DNA of 64,000 nucleotides from the human T2T-CHM13v2.0 reference genome, Homo sapiens. Made by a program: the position numbers and the translations under genes. The stretch lies in the NCBI RefSeq assembly GCF_009914755.1, contig NC_060948.1, one strand, 5' to 3'. A model generated the notes under the pieces. It was given only the letters and a program-made list of their open reading frames with translations. It was not told the origin of the DNA and searched no databases. Positions 28,454-42,694 of this stretch are shown piece after piece; the stretch's first letter is position 1; each line of letters opens with the position of its first letter.

Positions 28454-31400
28454 AATCGAATGGCAAGAAATCGAATGTAATGGAATCGCAAGGAATTGAT
28501 GTGAACGGAACGGAATGGAATGGAATCCAAAGGAATGGAATAGAATGGAATGGAATCGAATGGAAAGGACTCGAATGGAAATCACTCGAATAGAATGCAA
28601 TTTAATAAAATAGGATCAAATGTAATGGAATGGAATGGAAAGGAATCGAAACGAAAGGAATGGAGACAGATGGAATGGAATGGAACAGAGAGCAATGGTA
28701 TAGAATGGAATGGAATCATCTGGAATGGAATTGAATGGAATGGAATAATATGAAATGGAATGGAATGGAATGGAATGGAATGCCCTTGAATTAAATGGAC
28801 TGGAATGGAATGGACTCGAACAGAGTGGAATGGAAAGTGTTGAGATAGAATGGAATGGACTCCTTTGGAATGGTGTAGTATGCAATGCAATCGACTGGCA
28901 GGGAATCAAAAGGAATGTAATCGAATGGATTGGACTGGAATGCAATGGACTCGAATAGATTGCAAACGGAATGCAATGGAATGGAATGGAATAGTATGGA
29001 ATGGAATGGAAAGGAACGGAGTGGAATAGACTAGAGTGGAATGGAATGGACTGGAAAGCAATGGACTGGAATGGAACTTTCTTGAATGGACTGGAATCAA
29101 ACGGAATGGAATGCAATGCAATCAAATGGCATGGAATAAAATAGAATGAAAGAGAATCAAATGGAATTGAATCGAATGGAATCGAATGGATTGGAAAGGA
29201 ATAGAATGGAATGGAATGGAATGGACTCAAATGGAATGGACTAGAATGGAATGGATTCGAATGGAAGGCAAAGGAATGGAATCTATTGGAATGGACTGTA
29301 ATGGAATGGAATGGAAGGGATTGGAATGGACTCGAATGGAATGGACTGCAATAGAAAGGATTCGAATGGAATGAAAAAGAATTGAATGGAATAGAACAGA
29401 ATGGAATCAAATCGAATGAAATGGAATGGAATAGAAAGGAATGGAATGAAATGGAATGGAAAGGATTCGAATGGAATGCAATCGAATGGAATGGAATCGA
29501 ACGGAATGGAATAAAATGGAAGAAAACTGGCAAGAAATGGAATCGAAATGAATGGAGTGTTATGGAACGGACTCAAAAGGAATTGAATGTAATAGAATGG
29601 AGTGGAGTGGACTCGAATATAATGGACTGGAATGGAATGAAATCACATGGAATGGGAACGAATGGAATGGAATGGAAAGGAATGGAATCGAATGGAAAGG
29701 AATCGAATGGAAGGGAATGAAATTGAATCAACAGGAATGGAAGGGAATAGAATAGACGGTAATGGAATGGACTCGAATAGAATGGACACGAATGCTCAAA
29801 TTGAATGGACTCGAATGGAATGGAAACGAAAGGAATGTCATCGAATGGAATTGAATCGATTGGAATGAAATCGCATAGAATGGAGTGGAATCAAATAGAA
29901 TTGAATCGAAAGGAAAGGAAGCGAATGGACTGAAATGAAATGGAATGGAATTGAATGGAAAGTAATGCAATGGAATAGAATGGAACGAAATTTCACGGAA
30001 TGGAATCAAACTGAATGGAATCAAATCAATGGAATCTAATCAAATGGAATGGAAAGGAATTGAATGGAATAGATTGGATTGGATGGGATTGGAATGAAAT
30101 GTACTGGAAAGGACTCGAATTTCATGAAACGGAATGGAATGAATTGGAACGGAATGGACTCGAATGGAATGGAATGTCATGGAATGGCATCAAATGGAAT
30201 GGCATCAAATGGAATGGAATCGAATGCAATGGAATGCTATGGAATGGAATGGAATGCATTGGAATGGAATGTCCTCTAATGGAATGGATTCGAGTGGAAT
30301 GGAATCGAATATAATGGAGTCGAATGAAATGGAATTGAAAGGAATGGGATCGAATACAATGGAATATACTGGAATGTAATGTAATGAACTCGAATGTAAT
30401 TGACTGGAATGGAATGTACATGAATGGAATGTAATCGAATGGAAAGTAATCCAATGGAATAGAATCTAATGCAATAAAATCGACTCAGATAGAGTAGAAT
30501 GTAATGGAATGGAGTGCAGTGCAATGGAATGGAATGGAATGGAATGCAATTGAATGGAATGGAATGGAATGGAATGGAATGGAATGGGATGGAATGGTAT
30601 GGAATGGATAGTAATGGACTGGAGTGAAATGGACTGGAAAGGAATGGACTCAAATTCAAAGGGCTCGAAAGGAATGGTGTCAAATGGAATGGTCTGGAAT
30701 GGAATGAACACGAATGTAATGCAATCCAATAGAATGGAATCGAATGGCATGGAATATAAAGAAATGGAATCGGAGAGAATGGAAACAAATGGAATGGAAT
30801 TGAATGGAATGGAATTGAATGGAATGGGAACGAATGGAGTGAAATTGTATGCAGTAGAAGGGAATAGAATGGAATGCAAGCGAAAGGAAAGGAATGGATT
30901 GGAATGGAATGGAATTCATTGGAATGGAAGGGAATGTAGTGTAATGGACAGGCCTGGAATAAAGTGGAATGCTACGGTCTCGAATGGAATAAAAATGTAT
31001 GGAATGGAATGCAATGAAATGGAATCGAATGTCATAGAATCTAATGGAATGCAACAAAATGGAATCCAATATCATTGACTGCAAAGGCTGGGTGTCGAAA
31101 GGAATTGACTCCAATGGAATGGAATCGAATGGAATGGAAGTGAATAGAATCGAACTAAATCGAATGGAATGGAATTGATAGGAACGGAATGGAAAGGAAT
31201 GCAATGATTTGGCATGGAATGGAATCGAATGGCATCGAATGGAATGGAATGGAATGCAATGGAATGGAATGTATTAGAATGTAATGAACTTTAATGGAAT
31301 GTACTCGAATGGATTCGACTGGAATGGAATGTTCTGGAAGTGAATGGACTCCAATGGAATGGATTCCAAAGGAATGGAATCGTACGGAATGGAATCTAAT

Positions 31401-32012
31401 GGAATGGAATTAAATGGAAATGAATCAAATTGAATAGCACGGAATTGAATTGAATGGAATCGAATGCAATGGAATCTAATGAAACGGAAAGGAAAGGAAT
31501 GCAATGGAATGGAATGGGCTGGAATGGAAAGGAATCGAAACGAATGGAATGGAATCGAACTGAAGAGACTGGAATGGAATGCACTGGAATGGAAGGGAGT
31601 GTAATGGAAGGTTCTCGAAAAAAATGGAATCGAATGGAATGGAATTGAATGGAACGGAATAGAGTCGAATGGAATTGAATGGAATGGAATGGACTAGAGT
31701 GAAATGGAATCGAACCACAAGGAATGGACAGGAATAGAATGGTCTCGAATTGAATGGAATCGTATGGAATGGCATCAAACGGAATGGAATGGACAGCCAC
31801 GGAATGGAATGCACTCGAATGCAATGGAGTCGAAACTAATGGACTGGAATAGAATGGACTCGACTGGTACGGACTCCAATGGAATGGAATCGAATGGAAG
31901 GGAATCGAACGGAATGGACTCGAAGGGAAAAGACTGCAATGGAAAGGTCTCGAATGGAATGGAAATTAATGGAATGGAATGGAATCGAATGAAATGGAGT
32001 CAAAAGGAATGG
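28454..32012 (+). repeat. DYZ1 unit 9 (3559 bp), mosaic
   Basis: Anchor ORF at 28550; A-tail markers together with the B marker caaattcaaa at 30651. Confidence 0.88.
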
Positions 32013-35000
32013 AATCGAATGGCAAGAAATCGAATGTAATGGAATCGCAAGGAATTGATGTGAACGGAACGGAATGGAATGGAATCCAAAGGAATGGAAT
32101 AGAATGGAATGGAATCGAATGGAAAGGACTCGAATGGAAATCACTCGAATAGAATGCAATTTAATAAAATAGGATCAAATGTAATGGAATGGAATGGAAA
32201 GGAATCGAAACGAAAGGAATGGAGACAGATGGAATGGAATGGAACAGAGAGCAATGGTATAGAATGGAATGGAATCATCTGGAATGGAATTGAATGGAAT
32301 GGAATAATATGAAATGGAATGGAATGGAATGGAATGGAATGCCCTTGAATTGAATGGACTGGAATGGAATGGACTCGAACAGAGTGGAATGGAAAGTGTT
32401 GAGATAGAATGGAATGGACTCCTTTGGAATGGTCTAGTATGCAATGCAATCGACTGGCAGGGAATCAAAAGGAATGTAATCGAATGGATTGGACTGGAAT
32501 GCAATGGACTCGAATAGATTGGAAACGGAATGCAAAGGAATGGAATGGAATAGTATGGAATGGAATGGAAAGGAATGGAGTGGAATGGACTAGAGTGGAA
32601 TGGAATGGACTGGAAAGCAATGGACTGGAATGGAACTTTCTTGAATGGACTGGAATCAAACGGAATGGAATGCAATGCAATCAAATGGCATGGAATAAAA
32701 TAGATTGAAAGAGAATCAAATGGAATTGAATCGAATGGAATCGAATGGATTGGAAAGGAATAGAATGGAATGGAATGGAATTGACTCAAATGGAATGGAC
32801 TAGAATGGAATGGATTCGAATGGAAGGCAAAGGAATGGAATCTATTGGAATGGACTGTAATGGAATGGAATGGAAGGGATTGGAATGGACTCGAATGGAA
32901 TGGACTGCAATAGAAAGGATTCGAATGGAATGAAAAAGAATTGAATGGAATAGAACAGAATGGAATCAAATCGAATGAAATGGAATGGAATAGAAAGGAA
33001 TGGAATGAAATGGAATGGAAAGGATTCGAATGGAATGCAATCGAATGGAATGGAATCGAACGGAATGGAATAAAATGGAAGAAAACTGGCAAGAAATGGA
33101 ATCGAAATGAATGGAGTGTTATGGAACGGACTCAAAAGGAATTGAATGTAATAGAATGGAGTGGAGTGGACTCGAATATAATGGACTGGAATGGAATGAA
33201 ATCACATGGAATGGGAACGAATGGAATGGAATGGAAAGGAATGGAATCGAATGGAAAGGAATCGAATGGAAGGGAATGAAATTGAATCAGCAGGAATGGA
33301 AGGGAATAGAATAGACGGTAATGGAATGGACTCGAATAGAATGGACACGAATGCTCAAATTGAATGGACTCGAATGGAATGGAAACGAAAGGAATGTCAT
33401 CGAATGGAATTGAATCGATTGGAATGAAATCGCATAGAATGGAGTGGAATCAAATGGAATTGAATCGAAAGGAAAGGAAGCGAATGGACTGAAATGAAAT
33501 GGAATGGAATTGAATGGAAAGTAATGCAATGGAATAGAATGGAACGAAATTTCACGGAATGGAATCAAACTGAATGGAATCAAATCAATGGAATCTAATC
33601 AAATGGAATGGAAAGGAATTGAATGGAGTAGATTGGATTGGATGGGATTGGAATGAAATGTACTGGAAAGGACTCGAATTTCATGAAACGGAATGGAATG
33701 AATTGGAACGGAATGGACTCGAATGGAATGGAATGTCATGGAATGGCATCAAATGGAATGGCATCAAATGGAATGGAATCGAATGCAATGGAATGTTATG
33801 GAATGGAATGGAATGCATTGGAATGGAATGTCCTCTAATGGAATGGATTCGAGTGGAATGGAATCGAATATAATGGAGTCGAATGAAATGGAATTGAAGG
33901 GAATGGGATCGAATAGAATGGAATATACTGGAATGTAATGTAATGAACTCGAATGTAATTGACTGGAATGGAATGTACATGAATGGAAGGTAATCGAATG
34001 GAAAGTAATCCAATGGAATAGAATCTAATGCAATAAAACCGACTCAGATAGAGTAGAATGTAATGGAATGGAATGCAGTGCAATGGAATGGAATGGAATT
34101 GAATGCAATGGAATGGAATGGAATGGAATGGAATGGAATGGAATGGAATGGAATGGGATGGAATGGTATGGAATGGATAGTAATGGACTGGAGTGAAATG
34201 GACTGGAAAGGAATGGACTCAAATTGAAAGGGCTCGAAAGGAATGGAGTCAAATGGAATGGTCTGGAATGGAATGAACACGAATGTAATGCAATCCAATA
34301 GAATGGAATCGAATGGCATGGAATATAAAGAAATGGATTCGAAGAGAATGGAAACAAATGGAATGGAATTGAATGGAATGGAATTGAATGGAATGGGAAC
34401 GAATGGAGTGAAATTGTATGCAGTAGAAGGGAATAGAATGGAATGCAAGCGAAAGGAAAGGAATGGATTGGAATGGAATGGAATTCATTGGAATGGAAGG
34501 GAATGTAGTGTAATGGACAGGCCTGGAATAAAGTGGAATGCTACGGTCTCGAATGGAATAAAAATGTATGGAATGGAATGCAATGAAACGGAATCGAATG
34601 TCATAGAATGTAATGGAATGCAAAAAAATGGAATCCAAAATCATTGACTGGAAAGGCTGGGTGTCGAAAGGAATTGACTCCAATGGAATGGAATCGAATG
34701 GAATGGAAGTGAATAGAATCGAACTAAATCGAATGGAATGGAACTGATAGGAACGGAATGGAAAGGAATGCAATGATTTGGCATGGAATGGAATCGAATG
34801 GCATCGAATGGAATGGAATGGAATGTATTAGAATGTAATGAACTTTAATGGAATATACTCGAATGGATTCGACTGGAATGGAATGTTCTGGAAGTGAATG
34901 GACTCCAATGGAATGGATTCAAAAGGAATGGAATCGTACGGAATGGAATCTAATGGAATGGAATTAAATGGAAATGAATCAAATTGAATAGCACGGAATT

Positions 35001-35566
35001 GAATTGAATGGAATGGAATGCAATGGAATCTAATGAAACGGAAAGGAAAGGAATGGAATGGAATGGAATGGGCTGGAATGGAAAGGAATCGAAACGAATG
35101 GAATGGAATCGAACTGAAGAGACTGGAATGGAATGCACTGGAATGGAAGGGAGTGTAATGGAAGGTTCTCAAGAAAAATGGAATCGAATGGAATGGAATT
35201 GAATGGAACGGAATAGAGTCGAATGGAATTGAATGGAATGGAATGGACTAGAGTGAAATGGAATCGAACCACAAGGAATGGACAGGAATAGAATGGTCTC
35301 GAATTGAATGGAATCGTATGGAATGGCATCAAACGGAATGGAATGGACAGCCACGGAATGGAATGCACTCGAATGCAATGGAGTCGAAACTAATGGACTG
35401 GAATAGAATGGACTCGACTGGTACGGACTCCAATGGAATGGAATCGAATGGAAGGGAATCGAACGGAATGGACTCGAAGGGAAAAGACTGCAATGGAAAG
35501 GTCTCGAATGGAATGGAAATTAATGGAATGGAATGGAATCGAATGAAATGGAGTCAAAAGGAATGG
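32013..35566 (+). repeat. DYZ1 unit 10 (3554 bp), sister of unit 13
   Basis: Anchor ORF at 32109; atcagcagg, gaatgttatgg, ggattcgaagag, 15-bp deletion near 34820, tctcaagaaaa. Confidence 0.88.
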
Positions 35567-38500
35567 AATCGAATGGCAAGAAATCGAATGTAATGGAATC
35601 GCAAGGAATTGATGTGAACGGAACGGAATGGAATGGAATCCAAAGGAATGGAATAGAATGGAATGGAATCGAATGGAAAGGACTCGAATGGAAATCACTC
35701 GAATAGAATGCAATTTAATAAAATAGGATCAAATGTAATGGAATGGAATGGAAAGGAATCGAAACGAAAGGAATGGAGACAGATGGAATGGAATAGAACA
35801 GAGAGCAATGGTATAGAATGGAATGGAATCATCTGGAATGGAATTGAATGGAATGGAATAATATGAAATGGAATGGAATGGAATGGAATGGAATGCCCTT
35901 GAATTAAATGGACTGGAATGGAATGGACTCGAACAGAGTGGAATGGAAAGTGTTGAGATAGAATGGAATGGACTCCTTTGGAATGGTGTAGTATGCAATG
36001 CAATCGACTGGCAGGGAATCAAAAGGAATGTAATGGAATGGACTGGACTGGAATGCAATGGACTCGAATAGATTGGAAACGGAATGCAAAGGAATGGAAT
36101 GGAATAGTATGGAATGGAATGGAAAGGAATGGAGTGGAATAGACTAGAGTGGAATGGAATGGACTGGAAAGCAATGGACTGGAATGGAACTTTCTTGAAT
36201 GGACTGAAATCAAACGGAATGGAATGCAATGCAATCAAAGGGCATGGAATAAAATAGAATGAAAGAGAATCAAATGGAATTGAATCGAATGGAATCGAAT
36301 GGATTGGAAAGGAATAGAATGGAATTGAATGGAATGGACTCAAATGGAATGGACTAGAATGGAATGGATTCGAATGGAAGGCAAAGGAATGGAATCTATT
36401 GGAATGGACTGTAATGGAATGGAATGGAAGGGATTGGAATGGACTCGAATGGAATGGACTGCAATAGAAAGGATTCGAATGGAATGAAAAAGAATTGAAT
36501 GGAATAGAACAGAATGGAATCAAATCGAATGAAATGGAATGGAATAGAAAGGAATGGAATGAAATGGAATGGAAAGGATTCGAATGGAATGCAATCGAAT
36601 GGAATGGAATCGAACGGAATGGAATAAAATGGAAGAAAACTGGCAAGAAATGGAATCGAAATGAATGGAGTGTTATGGAACGGACTCAAAAGGAATTGAA
36701 TGTAATAGAATGGAGTGGAGTGGACTCGAATATAATGGACTGGAATGGAATGAAATCACATGGAATGGGAACGAATGGAATGGAATGGAAAGGAATGGAA
36801 TCGAATGGAAAGGAATCGAATGGAAGGGAATGAAATTGAATCAACAGGAATGGAAGGGAATAGAATAGACGGTAATGGAATGGACTCGAATAGAATGGAC
36901 ACGAATGCTCAAATTGAATGGACTCGAATGGAATGGAAACGAAAGGAATGTCATCGAATGGAATTGAATCGATTGGAATGAAATCGCATAGAATGGAGTG
37001 GAATCAAATGGAATTGAATCGAAAGGAAAGGAAGCGAATGGACTGAAATGAAATGGAATGGAATTGAATGGAAAGTAATGCAATGGAATAGAATGGAACG
37101 AAATTTCACGGAATGGAATCAAACTGAATGGAATCAAATCAATGGAATCAAATCAAATGGAATGGAAAGGAATTGAATGGAGTAGATTGGATTGGACGGG
37201 ATTGGAATGAAATGTACTGGAAAGGACTCGAATTTCATGAAACGGAATGGAATGAATTGGAACGGAATGGACTCGAATGGAATGGAATGTCATGGAATGG
37301 CATCAAATGGAATGGCATCAAATGGAATGGAATCGAATGCAATGGAATGCTATGGAATGGAATGGAATGCATTGGAATGGAATGTCCTCTAATGGAATGG
37401 ATTCGAGTGGAATGGAATCGAATATAATGGAGTCGAATGAAATGGAATTGAAAGGAATGGGATCGAATTCAATGGAATATACTGGAATGTAATGTAATGA
37501 ACTCGAATGTAATTGACTGGAATGGAATGTACATGAATGGAATGTAATCGAATGGAAAGTAATCCAATGGAATAGAATCTAATGCAATAAAATCGACTCA
37601 GATAGAGTAGAATGTAATGGAATGGAGTGCAGTGCAATGGAATGGAATGGAATGGAATGCAATTGAATGGAATGGAATGGAATGGAATGGAATGGAATGG
37701 AATGGAATGGGATGGAATGGTATGGAATGGATAGTAATGGACTGGAGTGAAATGGACTGGAAAGGAATGGACTCAAATTGAAAGGGCTCGAAAGGAATGG
37801 AGTCAAATGGAATGGTCTGGAATGGAATGAACACGAATGTAATGCAATCCAATAGAATGGAATCGAATGGCATGGAATATAAAGAAATGGAATCGGAGAG
37901 AATGGAAACAAATGGAGTGGAATTGAATGGAATGGAATTGAATGGAATGGGAACGAATGGAGTGAAATTGTATGCAGTAGAAGGGAATAGAATGGAATGC
38001 AAGCGAAAGGAAAGGAATGGATTGGAATGGAATGGAATTCATTGGAATGGAAGGGAATGTAGTGTAATGGACAGGCCTGGAATAAAGTGGAATGCTACGG
38101 TCTCGAATGGAATAAAAATGTATGGAATGGAATGCAATGAAATGGAATCGAATGTCATAGAATGTAATGGAATGCAACAAAATGGAATCCAAAATCATTG
38201 ACTGGAAAGGCTGGGTGTCGAAAGGAATTGACTCCAATGGAATGGAATCGAATGGAATGGAAGTGAATAGAATCGAACTAAATCGAATGGAATGGAATTG
38301 ATAGGAACGGAATGGAAAGGAATGCAATGATTTGGCATGGAATGGAATCGAATGGCATCGAATGGAATGGAATGGAATGCAATGGAATGGAATGTATTAG
38401 AATGTAATGAACTTTAATGGAATGTACTCGAATGGATTCGACTGGAATGGAATGTTCTGGAAGTGAATGGACTCCAATGGAATGGATTCAAAAGGAATGG

Positions 38501-39135
38501 AATCGTACGGAATGGAATCTAATGGAATGGAATTAAATGGAAATGAATCAAATTGAATAGCACGGAATTGAATTGAATGGAATGGAATGCAATGGAATCT
38601 AACGAAACGGAAAGGAAAGGAATGCAATGGAATGGAATGGGCTGGAATGGAAAGGAATTGAAACGAATGGAATGGAATCGAACTGAAGAGACTGGAATGG
38701 AATGCACTGGAATGGAAGGGAGTGTAATGGAAGGTTCTCGAAAAAAATGGAATCGAATGGAATGGAATTGAATGGAACGGAATAGAGTCGAATGGAATTG
38801 AATGGAATGGAATGGACTAGAGTGAAATGGAATCGAACCACAAGGAATGGACAGGAATAGAATGGTCTCGAATTGAATGGAATCGTATGGAATGGCATCA
38901 AACGGAATGGAATGGACAGCCACGGAATGGAATGCACTCGAATGCAATGGAGTCGAAACTAATGGACTGGAATAGAATGGACTCGACTGGTACGGACTCC
39001 AATGGAATGGAATCGAATGGAAGGGAATCGAACGGAATGGACTCGAAGGGAAAAGACTGCAATGGAAAGGTCTCGAATGGAATGGAAATTAATGGAATGG
39101 AATGGAATCGAATGAAATGGAGTCAAAAGGAATGG
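35567..39135 (+). repeat. DYZ1 unit 11 (3569 bp), with an extra EcoRI site
   Basis: Anchor ORF at 35663; GAATTC at 37465-37470 in addition to 38035-38040. Confidence 0.88.
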
Positions 39136-42100
39136 AATCGAATGGCAAGAAATCGAATGTAATGGAATCGCAAGGAATTGATGTGAACGGAACGGAATGG
39201 AATGGAATCCAAAGGAATGGAATAGAATGGAATGGAATCGAATGGAAAGGACTCGAATGGAAATCACTCGAATAGAATGCAATTTAATAAAATAGGATCA
39301 AATGTAATGGAATGGAATGGAAAGGAATCGAAACGAAAGGAATGGAGACAGATGGAATGGAATGGAACAGAGAGCAATGGTATAGAATGGAATGGAATCA
39401 TCTGGAAAGGAATTGAATGGAATGGAATAATATGAAATGGAATGGAATGGAATGGAATGGAATGCCCTTGAATTAAATGGACTGGAATGGAATGGACTCG
39501 AACAGAGTGGAATGGAAAGTGTTGAGATAGAATGGAATGGACTCCTTTGGAATGGTGTAGTATGCAATGCAATCGACTGGCAGGGAATCAAAAGGAATGT
39601 AATCGAATGGATTGGACTGGAATGCAATGGACTCGAATAGATTGCAAACGGAATGCAAAGGAATGGAATGGAATAGTATGGAATGGAATGGAAAGGAATG
39701 GAGTGGAATAGACTAGAGTGGAATGGAATGGACTGGAAAGCAATGGACTGGAATGGAACTTTCTTGAATGGACTGGAATCAAACGGAATGGAATGCAATG
39801 CAATCAAATGGCATGGAATAAAATAGAATGAAAGAGAATCAAATGGAATTGAATCGAATGGAATCGAATGGATTGGAAAGGAATAGAATGGAATGGAATG
39901 GAATGGACTCAAATGGAATGGACTAGAATGGAATGGATTCGAATGGAAGGCAAAGGAATGGAATCTATTGGAATGGACTGTAATGGAATGGAATGGAAGG
40001 GATTGGAATGGACTCGAATGGAATGGACTGCAATAGAAAGGATTCGAATGGAATGAAAAAGAATTGAATGGAATAGAACAGAATGGAATCAAATCGAATG
40101 AAATGGAATGGAATAGAAAGGAATGGAATGAAATGGAATGGAAAGGATTCGAATGGAATGCAATCGAATGGAATGGAATCGAACGGAATGGAATAAAATG
40201 GAAGAAAACTGGCAAGAAATGGAATCGAAATGAATGGAGTGTTATGGAACGGACTCAAAAGGAATTGAATGTAATAGAATGGAGTGGAGTGGACTCGAAT
40301 ATAATGGACTGGAATGGAATGAAATCACATGGAATGGGAACGAATGGAATGGAATGGAAAGGAATGGAATCGAATGGAAAGGAATCGAATGGAAGGGAAT
40401 GAAATTGAATCAACAGGAATGGAAGGGAATAGAATAGACGGTAATGGAATGGACTCGAATAGAATGGACACGAATGCTCAAATTGAATGGACTCGAATGG
40501 AATGGAAACGAAAGGAATGTCATCGAATGGAATTGAATCGATTGGAATGAAATCGCATAGAATGGAGTGGAATCAAATGGAATTGAATCGAAAGGAAAGG
40601 AAGCGAATGGACTGAAATGAAATGGAATGGAATTGAATGGAAAGTAATGCAATGGAATAGAATGGAACGAAATTTCACGGAATGGAATCAAACTGAATGG
40701 AATCAAATCAATGGAATCTAATCAAATGGAATGGAAAGGAATTGAATGGAGTAGATTGGATTGGATGGGATTGGAATGAAATGTACTGGAAAGGACTCGA
40801 ATTTCATGAAACGGAATGGAATGAATTGGAACGGAACGGACACGAATGGAATGGAATGTCATGGAATGGCATCAAATGGAATGGCATCAAATGGAATGGA
40901 ATCGAATGCAATGGAATGCTATGGAATGGAATGGAATGCATTTTAATGGAATGTCCTCTAATGGAATGGATTCGAGTGGAATGGAATCGAATATAATGGA
41001 GTCGAATGAAATGGAATTGAAAGGAATGGGATCGAATACAATGGAATATACTGGAATGTAATGTAATGAACTCGAATGTAATTGACTGGAATGGAATGTA
41101 CATGAATGGAATGTAATCGAATGGAAATTAATCCAATGGAATAGAATCTAATGCAATAAAATCGACTCAGATAGAGTAGAATGTAATGGAATGGAGTGCA
41201 GTGCAATGGAATGGAATGGAATGGAATGCAATGGAATGGAATGGAATGGAATGGAATGGAATGGAATGGTATGGAATGGTGTGGAATGGATAGTAATGGA
41301 CTGGAGTGAAATGGACTGGAAAGGAATGGACTCAAATTGAAAGGGCTCGAAAGGAATGGAGTCAAATGGAATGGTCTGGAATGGAATGAACACGAATGTA
41401 ATGCAATCCAATAGAATGGAATCGAATGGCATGGAATATAAAGAAATGGAATCGAAGAGAATGGAAACAAATGGAATGGAATTGAATGGAATGGAATTGA
41501 ATGGAATGGGAACGAATGGAGTGAAATTGTATGCAGTAGAAGGGAATAGAATGGAATGCAAGCGAAAGGAAAGGAATGGATTGGAATGGAATGGAATTCA
41601 TTGGAATGGAAGGGAATGTAGTGTAATGGACAGGCCTGGAATAAAGTGGAATGCTACGGTCTCGAATGGAATAAAAATGTATGGAATGGAATGCAATGAA
41701 ACGGAATCGAATGTCATAGAATGTAATGGAATGCAAAAAAATGGAATCCAAAATCATTGACTGGAAAGGCTGGGTGTCGAAAGGAATTGACTGCAATGGA
41801 ATGGAATCGAATGGAATGGAAGTGAATAGAATCGAACTAAATCGAATGGAATGGAATTGATAGGAACGGAATGGAAAGGAATGCAATGATTTGGCATGGA
41901 ATGGAATCGAATGGCATCGAATGGAATGGAATGGAATGCAATGGAATGGAATGTATTAGAATGTAATGAACATTAATGGAATGTACTCGAATGGATTCGA
42001 CTGGAATGGAATGTTCTGGAAGTGAATGGACTCCAATGGAATGGATTCGAAAGGAATGGAATCGAACGGAATGGATTCTAATGGAATGGAATTAAATGGA

Positions 42101-42694
42101 AATGAATCAAATTGAATAGCACGGAATTGAATTGCATGGAATGGAATGCAATGGAATCTAATGAAACGGAAAGGAAAGGAATGGAATGGAATGGAATGGA
42201 CTGGAATGGAAAGGAATCGAAACGAATGGAATGGAATCGAACTGAAGAGACTGGAATGGAATGCACTGGAATGGAAGGGAGTGTAATGGAAGGTTCTCGA
42301 AAAAAATGGAATCGAATGGAATGGAATTGAATGGAACGGAATAGAGTCGAATGGAATTGAATGGAATGGAATGGACTAGAGTGAAATGGAATCGAACCAC
42401 AAGGAATGGACAGGAATAGAATGGTCTCGAATTGAATGGAATCGTATGGAATGGCATCAAACGGAATGGAATGGACAGCCACGGAATGGAATGCACTCGA
42501 ATGCAATGGAGTCGAAACTAATGGACTGGAATAGAATGGACTCGACTGGTACGGACTCCAATGGAATGGAATCGAATGGAAGGGAATCGAAAGGAATGGA
42601 CTCGAAGGGAAAAGACTGCAATGGAAAGGTCTCGAATGGAATGGAAATTAATGGAATGGAATGGAATCGAATGAAATGGAGTCAAAAGTAATGG
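39136..42694 (+). repeat. DYZ1 unit 12 (3559 bp), mosaic
   Basis: Anchor ORF at 39232; A-like head marker ctggaaagg; tail markers shared with units 7 and 8. Confidence 0.88.
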
